Assembly: GCA_016208765.1 (NCBI GenBank)
Contig: JACQXK010000065.1
Coordinates: 962 to 64,961, forward strand
Source of the DNA: Candidatus Omnitrophota bacterium
Lineage (GTDB): Bacteria > Omnitrophota > Gorgyraeia > Gygaellales > Profunditerraquicolaceae
Direction: 5' to 3'
Length of the DNA stretch: 64,000 bases
Shown: positions 19,823 through 29,181 of the stretch, in pieces
Numbering within the stretch: position 1 is the first letter of the stretch
How the letters are laid out: the number at the start of each line of letters is the position of its first letter
Program-made: the position numbers and the translations under genes
Notes under the pieces: generated by a model
What the model saw: only the letters and a program-made list of their open reading frames with translations
Database searches by the model: none
Told to the model about the DNA's origin: nothing

Positions 19823-20677
19823 ATGCGGGAAGCAATAAAAAAAGCAGAGGTGTTAATTGAGGCGCTGCCTTATATAAAGAAATTCCACAAGAAGATTGTT
19901 GTGATTAAATACGGCGGCAGTATCCTTGGAGAAGAAAAAATCCGTAAAGGAGTATTAGAAGATATTGTTTTCCTGAATTTTATGGGCTTAAGGCCTGTGT
20001 TGGTGCATGGCGGGGGGCCGAATATCAGCGACCGTATGCGCGCCTCCGGCAAAAAAACTGATTTTGTTGACGGCATGCGCGTTACTGATGAAGATACTCT
20101 TAATTTGGTCGGTGAGGAGCTTCAGAAATTAAATGAATTGATCGTTTCGGAGATTAAAGAGATCGGCGCTCAGGCAGTGAGCCTGAACGGAAAAGTTGAT
20201 AAGATCATTCTTACCGAAAAGAAGAAAGCAAAGATTGACTTAGGATTAGTCGGGGATATCGTTAATATAAATATTGACCCGATACTCAGGGAAATAAAAG
20301 CTGATAAAATCCCGGTAATTTTACCGATGGGCCTGGGAAATGATAACAACACTTATAATGTAAATGCCGACGAAGCTGCGGCAACTGTTGCCGGGGCCTT
20401 GCAAGCAGAGAAGCTTGTATTGTTAACAAATGTTAAGGGGATCATGCGTAATGCTGAGGACCCAAATTCATTTATTTCTACATTAACTATAAAGGAAGTA
20501 GAAGGCCTGATTGAAAACAAAATAATTCAAACCGGGATGATCCCAAAGGTTAATGCCTGTATTACTGCCTTAAATTGCGCAGTTAAAAAGACACACGTAA
20601 TAGATGCGCGCATATCGCACGCGCTGCTTTTAGAAATTTTTACCGACAAGGGAGTAGGAACGGAGATCTTGCGTTAA
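19823..20677 (+). CDS. argB: acetylglutamate kinase
   Basis: VIKYGGS...VLVHGGGP amino-acid-kinase motifs. Confidence 0.9.
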   Translation: MREAIKKAEVLIEALPYIKKFHKKIVVIKYGGSILGEEKIRKGVLEDIVFLNFMGLRPVLVHGGGPNISDRMRASGKKTDFVDGMRVTDEDTLNLVGEELQKLNELIVSEIKEIGAQAVSLNGKVDKIILTEKKKAKIDLGLVGDIVNINIDPILREIKADKIPVILPMGLGNDNNTYNVNADEAAATVAGALQAEKLVLLTNVKGIMRNAEDPNSFISTLTIKEVEGLIENKIIQTGMIPKVNACITALNCAVKKTHVIDARISHALLLEIFTDKGVGTEILR

Positions 20678-20687
20678 AAAAATTATT

Positions 20688-21863
20688 ATGAAAAAAGAAG
20701 AAGTATTCAGCGCTTATAAAGAGTATATCTTGCCTACGTATACCAAAGTGCCGGTGATTTTTACCAAAGGTAAAGGCAGCCGGCTTTGGGACATTCAGAA
20801 TAAAGAGTACCTGGATTTCTTTCCTGGTTGGGGTGTGGGGAACCTGGGGCATTGCCATCCTAAGGTGATATCGGCGGTAAGGGATCAAATCGGGAAACTG
20901 ATTTTTATCCCCAATAATTATTATCATCTGCCGCAGGCAAAATTAGCAAAAGAAATAGCTTACTGGACGTATCCTTCAAAGGTGTTCTTTTGTAATTCAG
21001 GAGCTGAAGCTAATGAAGGGGCGATAAAATTAAGCCGCAAATTCGGGAAGGGCCGTTACGAAATAATCACTTTTGAGAATTCTTTTCACGGAAGGACACT
21101 TGCTGCTCTTGCTGCAACCGGGCAGAAAAAATATCAGAATGGTTTTGAGCCGCTACCTGAGGGGTTTAAGACAGTCAAATTTAATGACATAGAGGCAGTA
21201 AAGAATGCTGTCAGCGATAAGACGGTAGCTATTATGCTTGAGCTCATCCAGGGCGAGGGCGGGATTAATGTAGCAAGTAAAGAATTTGTTTCAGGTTTAA
21301 AGAAAATCTGTGAAGAGAAGAATTTACTTTTAATTGTAGATGAGGTGCAAACCGGAATTGGGCGCACCGGGAAATTATTTTGCTATCAGCATTATGGAAT
21401 TATTCCTGATATTATGACTTTGGCTAAGGCTTTGGGTGGAGGCCTTCCGATTGGGATGATGATTGTTAAAAAGGAAATTTCCGATACTCTTGGCCCGGGC
21501 ATGCACGCTTCTACTTTTGGCGGTGGGCCGGTGATTTGCCGGGCAGCACTTGCGGTGTTAAAGGCGATTCAGGAAGAGAAGCTTCTTTCTAATACGCAGA
21601 AAATGGGAGATTATTTATTTACTAAACTTATGGAATTAAAAAATAAATATCCTTTAATCAAAGAGGTCAGGGGGATGGGTTTAATGTTTGGGATTGAGCT
21701 TAGCGTTGAAGGAAAATCAATAGTTGAGAAGTGTTTTGAGAGGGGGCTGTTGATTAATTGCACGCATGATAAAGTTTTGCGTGTTATGCCTGCGTTAAAT
21801 ACTACAAAGAAGGAAATTGATAAGGCGATTTGGGTATTAGAAAACGTGATTAGTAATTCGTAG
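20688..21863 (+). CDS. argD: acetylornithine aminotransferase
   Basis: Class III aminotransferase pattern (...DEVQTGIGRTGK...). Confidence 0.85.
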   Translation: MKKEEVFSAYKEYILPTYTKVPVIFTKGKGSRLWDIQNKEYLDFFPGWGVGNLGHCHPKVISAVRDQIGKLIFIPNNYYHLPQAKLAKEIAYWTYPSKVFFCNSGAEANEGAIKLSRKFGKGRYEIITFENSFHGRTLAALAATGQKKYQNGFEPLPEGFKTVKFNDIEAVKNAVSDKTVAIMLELIQGEGGINVASKEFVSGLKKICEEKNLLLIVDEVQTGIGRTGKLFCYQHYGIIPDIMTLAKALGGGLPIGMMIVKKEISDTLGPGMHASTFGGGPVICRAALAVLKAIQEEKLLSNTQKMGDYLFTKLMELKNKYPLIKEVRGMGLMFGIELSVEGKSIVEKCFERGLLINCTHDKVLRVMPALNTTKKEIDKAIWVLENVISNS

Positions 21864-21866
21864 TTA

Positions 21867-21926
21867 GTCCCGACGCTCTATTGCATAGAGGTCGGGATCC
21901 CGACTGAACTGTAGGTGAACGTCGGG
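21867..21926. repeat. intergenic copy of the CCCGAC/GTCGGG palindromic hairpin repeat, as two tandem hairpins
   Basis: GTCCCGACgctctattgcatagagGTCGGGAT and CCCGACtgaactgtAGGTGAACGTCGGGAT. The second is the reverse complement of the ATCCCGACGTTCACCT core found inside lysA. Confidence 0.6.
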
Positions 21927-21956
21927 ATAATTTGTAACTTAAAAATTGGGAAAAAT

Positions 21957-22874
21957 ATGAAAAAAGACCTGATAAGCATTAAAGATCTAAGCACAAAGGA
22001 AATCAAAGATTTATTCAAGCTTACTGCAAAATTAAAGAAAAATAAATTCAGCAAAGTTTTAGCAGGAAAGACCATTGCGCTTATTTTTCAGAAGCCCTCA
22101 AACAGGACACGGGTTTCTTTTGAGGTCGGCATGTACCAGTTGGGAGGCAATTCTATTTATTTATCGCCCAGTGAAATTAATCTGGGTGTAAGAGAGTCCA
22201 TAAAAGATGTTGCAAAGACGCTTTCACGTTATATTGACGGAGTTGTTCTGCGCACCTTTGAGCATAGAAATGTTGTTGAAATGGGGAGGTATTCTGATAA
22301 GCCGGTGATCAATGGTTTGTCTGATTTCTCGCATCCTTGCCAGGGCTTGGCAGATGTTTTTACTGTTTTAGAGAACCTGAAAAAAGCCAAAAGCATAACC
22401 CTGGTTTATGCCGGGGATGGTAATAATGTGTGTAATTCTTTGCTTTATGCTTGTTCTAAACTTGGAATTAATATTAATGTGGCTACTCCAAAAGGGTATG
22501 AGCCGGATGAGGGAGTCGTAGAGGAATCTCGCGCATTCGCTAAGCTTAATAAATCTGAGGTTAAATTGTTTAATGATCCATTCTTGGCTGCAAAGGAAGC
22601 GGATGTGATTTATACTGATGTCTGGGCAAGTATGGGGCAGGAAGAGGAAACCGAAAAAAGAAAAATTATTTTTAAGGATTTCCAGATTAATACCAATTTG
22701 ATGCGTCTTGCCAAGAAGGATTGTTTAGTTATGCATTGCTTACCGGCGCACCGGGGAGAAGAAATTACTGATGAGGTGATTGACAGCAAGAATTCTGTAG
22801 TTTTTGATCAGGCGGAAAATCGCATGCATGTGCAGAAGGCTATATTGATAAAATTGTTGGGAGAGAAAAGATGA
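21957..22874 (+). CDS. argF: ornithine carbamoyltransferase
   Basis: STRTR and HCLPAHRGEE motifs. Trimmed to the ATG at 21957; the track ORF uses an upstream GTG. Confidence 0.85.
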   Translation: MKKDLISIKDLSTKEIKDLFKLTAKLKKNKFSKVLAGKTIALIFQKPSNRTRVSFEVGMYQLGGNSIYLSPSEINLGVRESIKDVAKTLSRYIDGVVLRTFEHRNVVEMGRYSDKPVINGLSDFSHPCQGLADVFTVLENLKKAKSITLVYAGDGNNVCNSLLYACSKLGININVATPKGYEPDEGVVEESRAFAKLNKSEVKLFNDPFLAAKEADVIYTDVWASMGQEEETEKRKIIFKDFQINTNLMRLAKKDCLVMHCLPAHRGEEITDEVIDSKNSVVFDQAENRMHVQKAILIKLLGEKR

Positions 22875-24052
22875 AGAAAATTGTTTTGGCGTATTCAGGT
22901 GGATTAGATACTTCATGTATTGTACGTTGGCTGGTTGATAAAGGATATGAGGTTATCTGCTTTGTGGCAGATTTAGGGCAGGGCTTGGGCAAAGGGGAGG
23001 ACTTAAAGAAAATTGAAGAGCGTGCAAAGGCAGCCGGCGCTTCCAAGGTTTACATTAAGGATTTGCAGGATGAATTTATCGGAGATTTTATTGTTCCGGC
23101 ATTAAAGGCAGGTGCAATTTATGAGGGTAAATATCTTTTAGCTACTGCGTTGGGCAGGCCGTTAATTGCCAAACATTTGGTGGAAATCGCGCATAAAGAA
23201 AAGGCGCAGGCTGTAGCGCATGGCTGTACCGGAAAAGGCAATGATCAGGTGCGTTTTGAGGTTACGGTGAATATTCTTGATCCGAAATTAGAGATTTTAG
23301 CTCCGGTGCGCGAATGGGAATTTAAGTCGCGTGAAGAAGAAATTGAATATGCGCTTTCATATAACATCCCGATTGATGTTACCAAAAAGAAACCTTACAG
23401 CATTGACCGCAACATCTGGGGGATCAGTATTGAGGCGGGCGTGTTAGAAGATTTGGAGCAGGAGCCTCCGGAAGACGCGTATTTAATCACTAAGCCGCAA
23501 AATGGAGCGCCTGGTTATCCTAAATATGTTGAGATAACTTTTGAGAAAGGCATTCCGAAGAAATTAGACGGAAAAATACATAGCTTAAAGAATCTTATTA
23601 CTTGTTTAAATGAAGTCGGAGGTTGTTATGGTGTTGGCCGTGTAGACTCGGTGGAGAATCGTTTGGTAGGAATTAAGTCGCGTGAGATTTATGAAGCTCC
23701 CGCTGCGACAATTTTGCACATTGCGCATAAAGAGCTGGAGAGCCTGGTTTTTGACCGGGAATTGGCGCATTTTAAGGAAATTATTGCTTTGAAGTATTCG
23801 GAGTTAGTGTATTACGGGCTTTGGTATTCTTCCTTAAAAGGCGCATTGGATGGTTTTGTAAATGCTACTCAGAAGCAAGTTTCCGGGACAATTAAGCTAA
23901 GGCTTTTTAAAGGAGCTTGTGTTGCGGTTTCGCGTAAGTCGCATAATTCTTTATACAAAAAAGAATTGAGCACTTACGGGAAGGAAGATAAATTTGACCA
24001 GAAGCTGGCAGAAGGATTTATCCGGTTGTGGGGGATGCCTTACAGAAAGTAG
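22871..24052 (+). CDS. argG: argininosuccinate synthase
   Basis: AYSGGLDTS PP-loop. Confidence 0.9.
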   Translation: MKKIVLAYSGGLDTSCIVRWLVDKGYEVICFVADLGQGLGKGEDLKKIEERAKAAGASKVYIKDLQDEFIGDFIVPALKAGAIYEGKYLLATALGRPLIAKHLVEIAHKEKAQAVAHGCTGKGNDQVRFEVTVNILDPKLEILAPVREWEFKSREEEIEYALSYNIPIDVTKKKPYSIDRNIWGISIEAGVLEDLEQEPPEDAYLITKPQNGAPGYPKYVEITFEKGIPKKLDGKIHSLKNLITCLNEVGGCYGVGRVDSVENRLVGIKSREIYEAPAATILHIAHKELESLVFDRELAHFKEIIALKYSELVYYGLWYSSLKGALDGFVNATQKQVSGTIKLRLFKGACVAVSRKSHNSLYKKELSTYGKEDKFDQKLAEGFIRLWGMPYRK

Positions 24053-24061
24053 GTAGAAAAA

Positions 24062-25438
24062 ATGGCGAAGAAATTATGGGGCTCAAGGTTTCAAAAGAAA
24101 ACCAATGTTTTGGTGGATAAATTTACCTCAAGCATCAGTTACGACTATAGGCTTGCAAAATATGATATTTTGGGTAGTATTGCCCATGCCACGATGCTCG
24201 GGAAACAGAAGATTATTCCTGTTGCCGACGCCAATGCTATTGTCAAAGGTTTAAGTATAATTTTAAAAGATGTAGAGAATGGTAAATTTAAGCCTAATTT
24301 TCAGGCGGAGGATATACATTCTAATATTCAGGAATTATTAGAGAATAAAATCGGCAAGGCCTCAGAAAGGCTGCATACTGCGCGTTCTCGTAATGATCAG
24401 ATAGTGTTGGATATTAAATTGTATTTAAAAGACGAAGTTGTTGTTCTTGCAGGCGGGATTTCTTGTTTACAGAAATCAATTCTTGATTTTGCCAAAAAGA
24501 ACATTAATGTTATTGTCCCAAGTTATACTCATCTGCAAGTGGCTCAGTGTGTTTTATTGGCGCATCACTTGCTTGCTTATATTGAATTTTTGGAGCGAGA
24601 CAAGGAAAGGATTATTGATGCGAGTAAGCGCATTGATTCAATGCCCTTGGGAAGCTGCGCGCTTTCAGGTACCGGTTTAAACATCGACAGGGAATTTGTG
24701 CGCAAGCAGCTTGGGTTTAAGTCGGTTACCGCAAATAGCATTGATAGTGTCAGCGACCGTGATTTTGTTATTGAGGTGTTGGCTGGCTTATCAATTACAG
24801 CTGTGCATTTATCACGGATTGCCGAAGATTTAATCCTTTGGTCAACTAAGGAGTTTAATTTTATTGACATTGATTTTTCTTTTTGCACCGGCTCAAGCAT
24901 TATGCCTCATAAAAAGAATCCTGATGTCTTGGAGTTGATCCGCGGTTATACCGGAAACATTATCGGTGATCTATCCAGCGTTTTGGTATTAATGAAAGGT
25001 TTGCCTTTATCATATAACCGCGATTTGCAATTGGATAAACCAAAGCTTTTTGACGGGATTGATACGGTAAAGAATATGTTAGAGATTTTACCTCAGATAT
25101 TTGGAAATATTAAAATAAACAAGGATGTGGTTGCAAAGCGCGTTATGGATGAATCTTTATTTTCAGTGGATGTGGTTGAATACCTGATTAGAAAAGGCCT
25201 ATCTTACCGTCAGGCGCATGACATTGTAGGTAAAATGGTAAAGGATTGCCTTGATAAGGGAAAGAACATATCTTCTTTGTCAAATTCTGATTTAAAGAAA
25301 TATTCTGATAAATTTAATCCTGATGTTAAGAAAATACTTAATGCCTGGGCATCAATTAGTTTAAAGATTTCTTCAGGGAGCACCAATCCTAGGCTTGTAT
25401 CTGCTCAAATTAGGGCTTGGGAGAAAAAGTTAGGCTAA
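24062..25438 (+). CDS. argH: argininosuccinate lyase
   Basis: Fumarate-lyase signature GSSIMPHKKNPD. Confidence 0.9.
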   Translation: MAKKLWGSRFQKKTNVLVDKFTSSISYDYRLAKYDILGSIAHATMLGKQKIIPVADANAIVKGLSIILKDVENGKFKPNFQAEDIHSNIQELLENKIGKASERLHTARSRNDQIVLDIKLYLKDEVVVLAGGISCLQKSILDFAKKNINVIVPSYTHLQVAQCVLLAHHLLAYIEFLERDKERIIDASKRIDSMPLGSCALSGTGLNIDREFVRKQLGFKSVTANSIDSVSDRDFVIEVLAGLSITAVHLSRIAEDLILWSTKEFNFIDIDFSFCTGSSIMPHKKNPDVLELIRGYTGNIIGDLSSVLVLMKGLPLSYNRDLQLDKPKLFDGIDTVKNMLEILPQIFGNIKINKDVVAKRVMDESLFSVDVVEYLIRKGLSYRQAHDIVGKMVKDCLDKGKNISSLSNSDLKKYSDKFNPDVKKILNAWASISLKISSGSTNPRLVSAQIRAWEKKLG

Positions 25439-25455
25439 GAAGTAAGGAGGAGAAA

Positions 25456-26142
25456 ATGTTTTTAAAAAATATTTTTATTACTGTGTTTTTCCTTAGTTTT
25501 TTATTGACTGCTTTTGCTCAACAGCAACAAGAGAGCTTAACGATTACAACATATTATCCGTCTCCTTTTGGCTCGTACAATGAACTTGTGGTTGCAAGTA
25601 GAGTGGCAGTTGGGGATGTTAATCATGATGGAAAAGTTGATAGCGGTGATTTGCCTGTAGCCGGGCAGATGAATCTTGTTCCTGCTAATGGCAGTTTAGT
25701 TGTAGCAAACAGCATAGGGATTAATACTGTTAATCCTCAGTCTGCTTTGGACGTTAATGGAGATATGAAAGTCTCAGGAACTTTTTTCCCCGGGGGGCAA
25801 AGTTATGGTTTTAAGAGAATAGTTTTTGGCACAGTGAAATTAGGGCCTAGTGGGTGGGGTCCAACGAGCACTGGATTAGGTTTTACGGTAGCTGACCAAT
25901 TTCATAACAGCATGACTTCTTGTTCTAAGGTCACTTTTAGTACTGCTTTTTCAAACATACCCCATATTATAGTTTCTAGAAACTCAGGTTCTGCAGATCA
26001 TTATCAATGGGAGATGGGAGCTTACATTGCTTCAACAACAAGCTTTACGATTTGTGCAACATATTGTCCTTTTAGCAATTGTAACCCTAGCTCACCTTGG
26101 AATAGTGGTTATGTAGGAGCATCTTTTATTGCAATGGAGTAA
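25456..26142 (+). CDS. secreted Cys-containing hypothetical protein with a tail-fibre-like GINT.NP...LDVNGD motif
   Basis: Strong RBS AAGGAGG before the ATG at 25456. Signal peptide FFLSFLLTAFA. Motif SIGINTVNPQSALDVNGDMKVSG. Several Cys residues in the C-terminal half. Confidence 0.5.
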   Translation: MFLKNIFITVFFLSFLLTAFAQQQQESLTITTYYPSPFGSYNELVVASRVAVGDVNHDGKVDSGDLPVAGQMNLVPANGSLVVANSIGINTVNPQSALDVNGDMKVSGTFFPGGQSYGFKRIVFGTVKLGPSGWGPTSTGLGFTVADQFHNSMTSCSKVTFSTAFSNIPHIIVSRNSGSADHYQWEMGAYIASTTSFTICATYCPFSNCNPSSPWNSGYVGASFIAME

Positions 26143-26148
26143 TTATAA

Positions 26149-27444
26149 ATGCACGAATTTAAATACAAAGGAAAAGATTTATATTGCGAAGATATAAAGA
26201 TCGCGGATTTAGCCAGGCGTTTTGGCACGCCGCTTTATGTTTATAGCTACCATACCCTGGTGGATCATTTTACCAAGCTTAAAAATGCCTTTAGGGAAAT
26301 TAATCCATTGATTTGCTATTCAGTAAAAGCGAATTCTAATCTTGCAATTTTAAAAGCCTTGATAGATAAGGGAGCAGGTTTAGATATTGTATCGGGTGGT
26401 GAATTATTCCGCGCACTTAAAGCAGGATGCCCGGCAAAGAAAATTGTTTATGCCTCAGTAGGGAAAACCGGTAGCGAAATTGAAGAGGCGATTAAAAAAG
26501 GGATTTTGTTTTTTAATGTAGAGTCAATTGGAGAGCTTGAAAATATTACCCGGATATCAAAGAAGCTTGGCAAAGTTACTAATGTTGCAATCAGGATCAA
26601 CCCTGATGTTGAGCCGAAAACACATAAATATATCACGACTGGAAAGCTAACTAATAAGTTTGGTATTGACTTTAAGAGCGCTCAGCAGATCTTTCTTCTG
26701 CGCCGCGCATTAAAAAACATCAGGATCTCCGGCCTGCATATTCACATAGGTTCGCAGATAACCGAGAGCCAACCGTATGTTGCAGCAATTACTAAGATGA
26801 TTAGTTTTATTAATAAGCTTAAAGCTGAAGGCGTTGTGATTGATTATCTAAATATCGGCGGTGGTTTGGGGATTGTTTATGATAAAGAAACTCCTCAGAC
26901 AGCAATTGATTACGCAGGAAAGATTTTACCATTATTAAAGAGGACCGGCCTTAAAATAATTATGGAGCCGGGTAGGTTTATTGTCGGTAATGCCGGAGTG
27001 CTTGTTACTAAAGTTTTATACGTTAAGAAAACTCCGAAGAAAGAATTTGTGATTGTTGATGCCGGCATGAACGATCTGGTCCGTCCATCTTTATACGAGG
27101 CGTATCACAATATTTTACTTTTGCAGGAGACAGGAGATCCCGACGTTCACCTGCGTTTCAGTCGGGACAGGAGACAGGAGACAGCAAAAGTTGACATTGT
27201 TGGCCCAATTTGCGAAAGTGGTGACTTTTTGGCAAAAGAAAGAATGATGCCGAGATTAAAAGAAGGAGATTATTTGGCAGTAATGAGCGCAGGAGCTTAT
27301 GGTTTTAGCATGTCCAGTAATTATAATTCGCGGAAAAGAGCTCAGGAAGTAATGGTAGTAAACAAAAGAGCGATACTAATTAGAAAAAGAGAAACTAATC
27401 AGGATTTAATCAGGAATGAAATTATGCCTAAAGGTTCTTTATAA
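26149..27444 (+). CDS. lysA: diaminopimelate decarboxylase, carrying an in-frame 18-codon palindromic-repeat insertion
   Basis: Fold-III PLP decarboxylase motifs (YSVKANSN, CESGD). There is an extra segment between YHNIL and DIVGPICESGD. Confidence 0.85.
   Translation: MHEFKYKGKDLYCEDIKIADLARRFGTPLYVYSYHTLVDHFTKLKNAFREINPLICYSVKANSNLAILKALIDKGAGLDIVSGGELFRALKAGCPAKKIVYASVGKTGSEIEEAIKKGILFFNVESIGELENITRISKKLGKVTNVAIRINPDVEPKTHKYITTGKLTNKFGIDFKSAQQIFLLRRALKNIRISGLHIHIGSQITESQPYVAAITKMISFINKLKAEGVVIDYLNIGGGLGIVYDKETPQTAIDYAGKILPLLKRTGLKIIMEPGRFIVGNAGVLVTKVLYVKKTPKKEFVIVDAGMNDLVRPSLYEAYHNILLLQETGDPDVHLRFSRDRRQETAKVDIVGPICESGDFLAKERMMPRLKEGDYLAVMSAGAYGFSMSSNYNSRKRAQEVMVVNKRAILIRKRETNQDLIRNEIMPKGSL
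27128..27181. repeat. palindromic repeat element inside the lysA coding sequence, in-frame
   Basis: GACAGGAGATCCCGACGTTCACCTGCGTTTCAGTCGGGACAGGAGACAGGAGAC. Confidence 0.75.
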
Positions 27445-27446
27445 TT

Positions 27447-28304
27447 ATGAGAAAAATTAAGTTTACAAAAATGGTTGCTTCAGGAAATGATTTTATAGTA
27501 ATTCGGAAATCTGAAAACTTGTCTGTTTCGTTAAGGGGCTTTGCTAAGAAAGCTTGTGATAGAAAATACGGTATTGGCGCGGATGGATTACTTGTGGTAG
27601 ATAAATCAAAAGTTGCTGATGCAAGGATGCGCATTTTTAACGCTGACGGATCTGAGGCAGAAATGTGCGGCAATGGTGCGCGGTGTTTTGCCTATTTTTT
27701 ATCTGCAGTCCGCAGGCCGCAAGCCGTAAGCCTGGGCATTGAGACAAAGGCAGGCATAATTAATGCGCAAGTCAATAAGGATAATATTAGAATTAATCTT
27801 ACTGACCCTAAGGATATAAAATTAGATATACCAATTGTAGTTAACGGTCGTAAAATAAAAACTAATTTCATTAATACCGGCGTGCCGCATGCGGTAATTT
27901 TTGTAGAGGGGCTTGAGAAAATTGATGTGAATAATTTAGGTAGAGAAATTCGTTATCATAAACAATTTTCTCCTGCAGGGACTAATGTAGATTTTGTAGA
28001 GGCGCTTGATAAGAATTCTATCAGGATCCGCACTTATGAGCGCGGTGTTGAGGATGAAACTCTTGCCTGTGGGACAGGGTCAGTTGCCGCTAGTCTTATT
28101 TTTTCTTTGATTGCCAAAGACAGGAGATCCCAAAGTTCACCTGCGTTTCATTCGGGACAGGCGACAGGAGACGAAATTATAAATGTGCATACTCAGGGTG
28201 GGGAGATTTTAAAAGTTTATTTTGATAGAGTCGGTAATGAATTCAGTAATGTCTGGTTGGAAGGCGAGGCTAAGATAGTTTATCAAGGAGAGTATTATGT
28301 TTAG
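27447..28304 (+). CDS. dapF: diaminopimelate epimerase, carrying an in-frame 18-codon palindromic-repeat insertion
   Basis: ASGNDFIV and CGNGARC active-site motifs. Extra segment ...KDRRSQSSPAFHSGQATGD... Confidence 0.85.
   Translation: MRKIKFTKMVASGNDFIVIRKSENLSVSLRGFAKKACDRKYGIGADGLLVVDKSKVADARMRIFNADGSEAEMCGNGARCFAYFLSAVRRPQAVSLGIETKAGIINAQVNKDNIRINLTDPKDIKLDIPIVVNGRKIKTNFINTGVPHAVIFVEGLEKIDVNNLGREIRYHKQFSPAGTNVDFVEALDKNSIRIRTYERGVEDETLACGTGSVAASLIFSLIAKDRRSQSSPAFHSGQATGDEIINVHTQGGEILKVYFDRVGNEFSNVWLEGEAKIVYQGEYYV
28120..28173. repeat. second in-frame copy of the palindromic repeat element, inside dapF
   Basis: GACAGGAGATCCCAAAGTTCACCTGCGTTTCATTCGGGACAGGCGACAGGAGAC. About 48 of 54 nt are identical to the lysA copy, and the reading frame differs. 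Confidence 0.75.
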
Positions 28305-29172
28305 AGGTTCAATAGTTGCTATAGTAACTCCATTTAAAAATGGTTTGATTGATGAGAAGACATTCAGAAAGCTGATTGATTTTCAGATTAAAAACGGGAC
28401 CTCTGGTATTGTGCCTTGCGGCACAACAGGGGAATCCGCAACTCTTTCTTTCGCTGAGCACGAAAGAGCGATTGAGATTACTATTGATCAGGTAAAAAAG
28501 AGAGTGGCGGTGATCGCCGGGACAGGGTCAAATTCAACCCAGGAAGCGGTAATGTTGACAAAACATGCTGCACATATGGGCGCTGATGCGTCTTTACAGG
28601 TTTCTCCTTATTATAACCGTCCGACGCAAAGAGGCCTTTATGAGCATTTTAAAGCCGTGGCAGATGCAGTAGATATCCCGATAATTTTGTATAATATTGC
28701 ATCCCGCACGGGGGTTAATATTGAGCCGGAGACCATTGCAAAGTTAGCCAAGAGTTGTAAAAATATTGTGGCAGTGAAGGAAGCTTCCGGCAGCCTTGAT
28801 CAGATGTCGCGCATCAAGTCGTTGTGTGGGAAGAATTTTGATTTGATTTCCGGTGATGACAGCCTTACGCTTCCGGTTTTGTCAATCGGAGGCACCGGTA
28901 TAATTTCTGTAGTTGCAAATATTGTGCCAAAGGATGTTGCGGAGATGGTAAGTGCTTTTGAAAAAGGCAATATTAAAAAAGCACAAGATCTGCACTATAA
29001 ATTGTTGCCTCTAATAAAAGCAATGTTTATTGAGACTAATCCAATTCCGGTAAAAACCGCGATGGGATTACTCGGTATGTGCGACCCGGATATGCGCCTT
29101 CCGATGTGCGCAATGTCTTCGGAGAACGTAGAGAAATTAAAAAAAGCTTTAAAGGAATACGGTTTATTGTAA
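28297..29172 (+). CDS. dapA: 4-hydroxy-tetrahydrodipicolinate synthase
   Basis: GSIVAIVTPF...GTTGES...K-containing DHDPS pattern. Confidence 0.9.
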   Translation: MFRGSIVAIVTPFKNGLIDEKTFRKLIDFQIKNGTSGIVPCGTTGESATLSFAEHERAIEITIDQVKKRVAVIAGTGSNSTQEAVMLTKHAAHMGADASLQVSPYYNRPTQRGLYEHFKAVADAVDIPIILYNIASRTGVNIEPETIAKLAKSCKNIVAVKEASGSLDQMSRIKSLCGKNFDLISGDDSLTLPVLSIGGTGIISVVANIVPKDVAEMVSAFEKGNIKKAQDLHYKLLPLIKAMFIETNPIPVKTAMGLLGMCDPDMRLPMCAMSSENVEKLKKALKEYGLL

Positions 29173-29181
29173 AGAGGAGTA

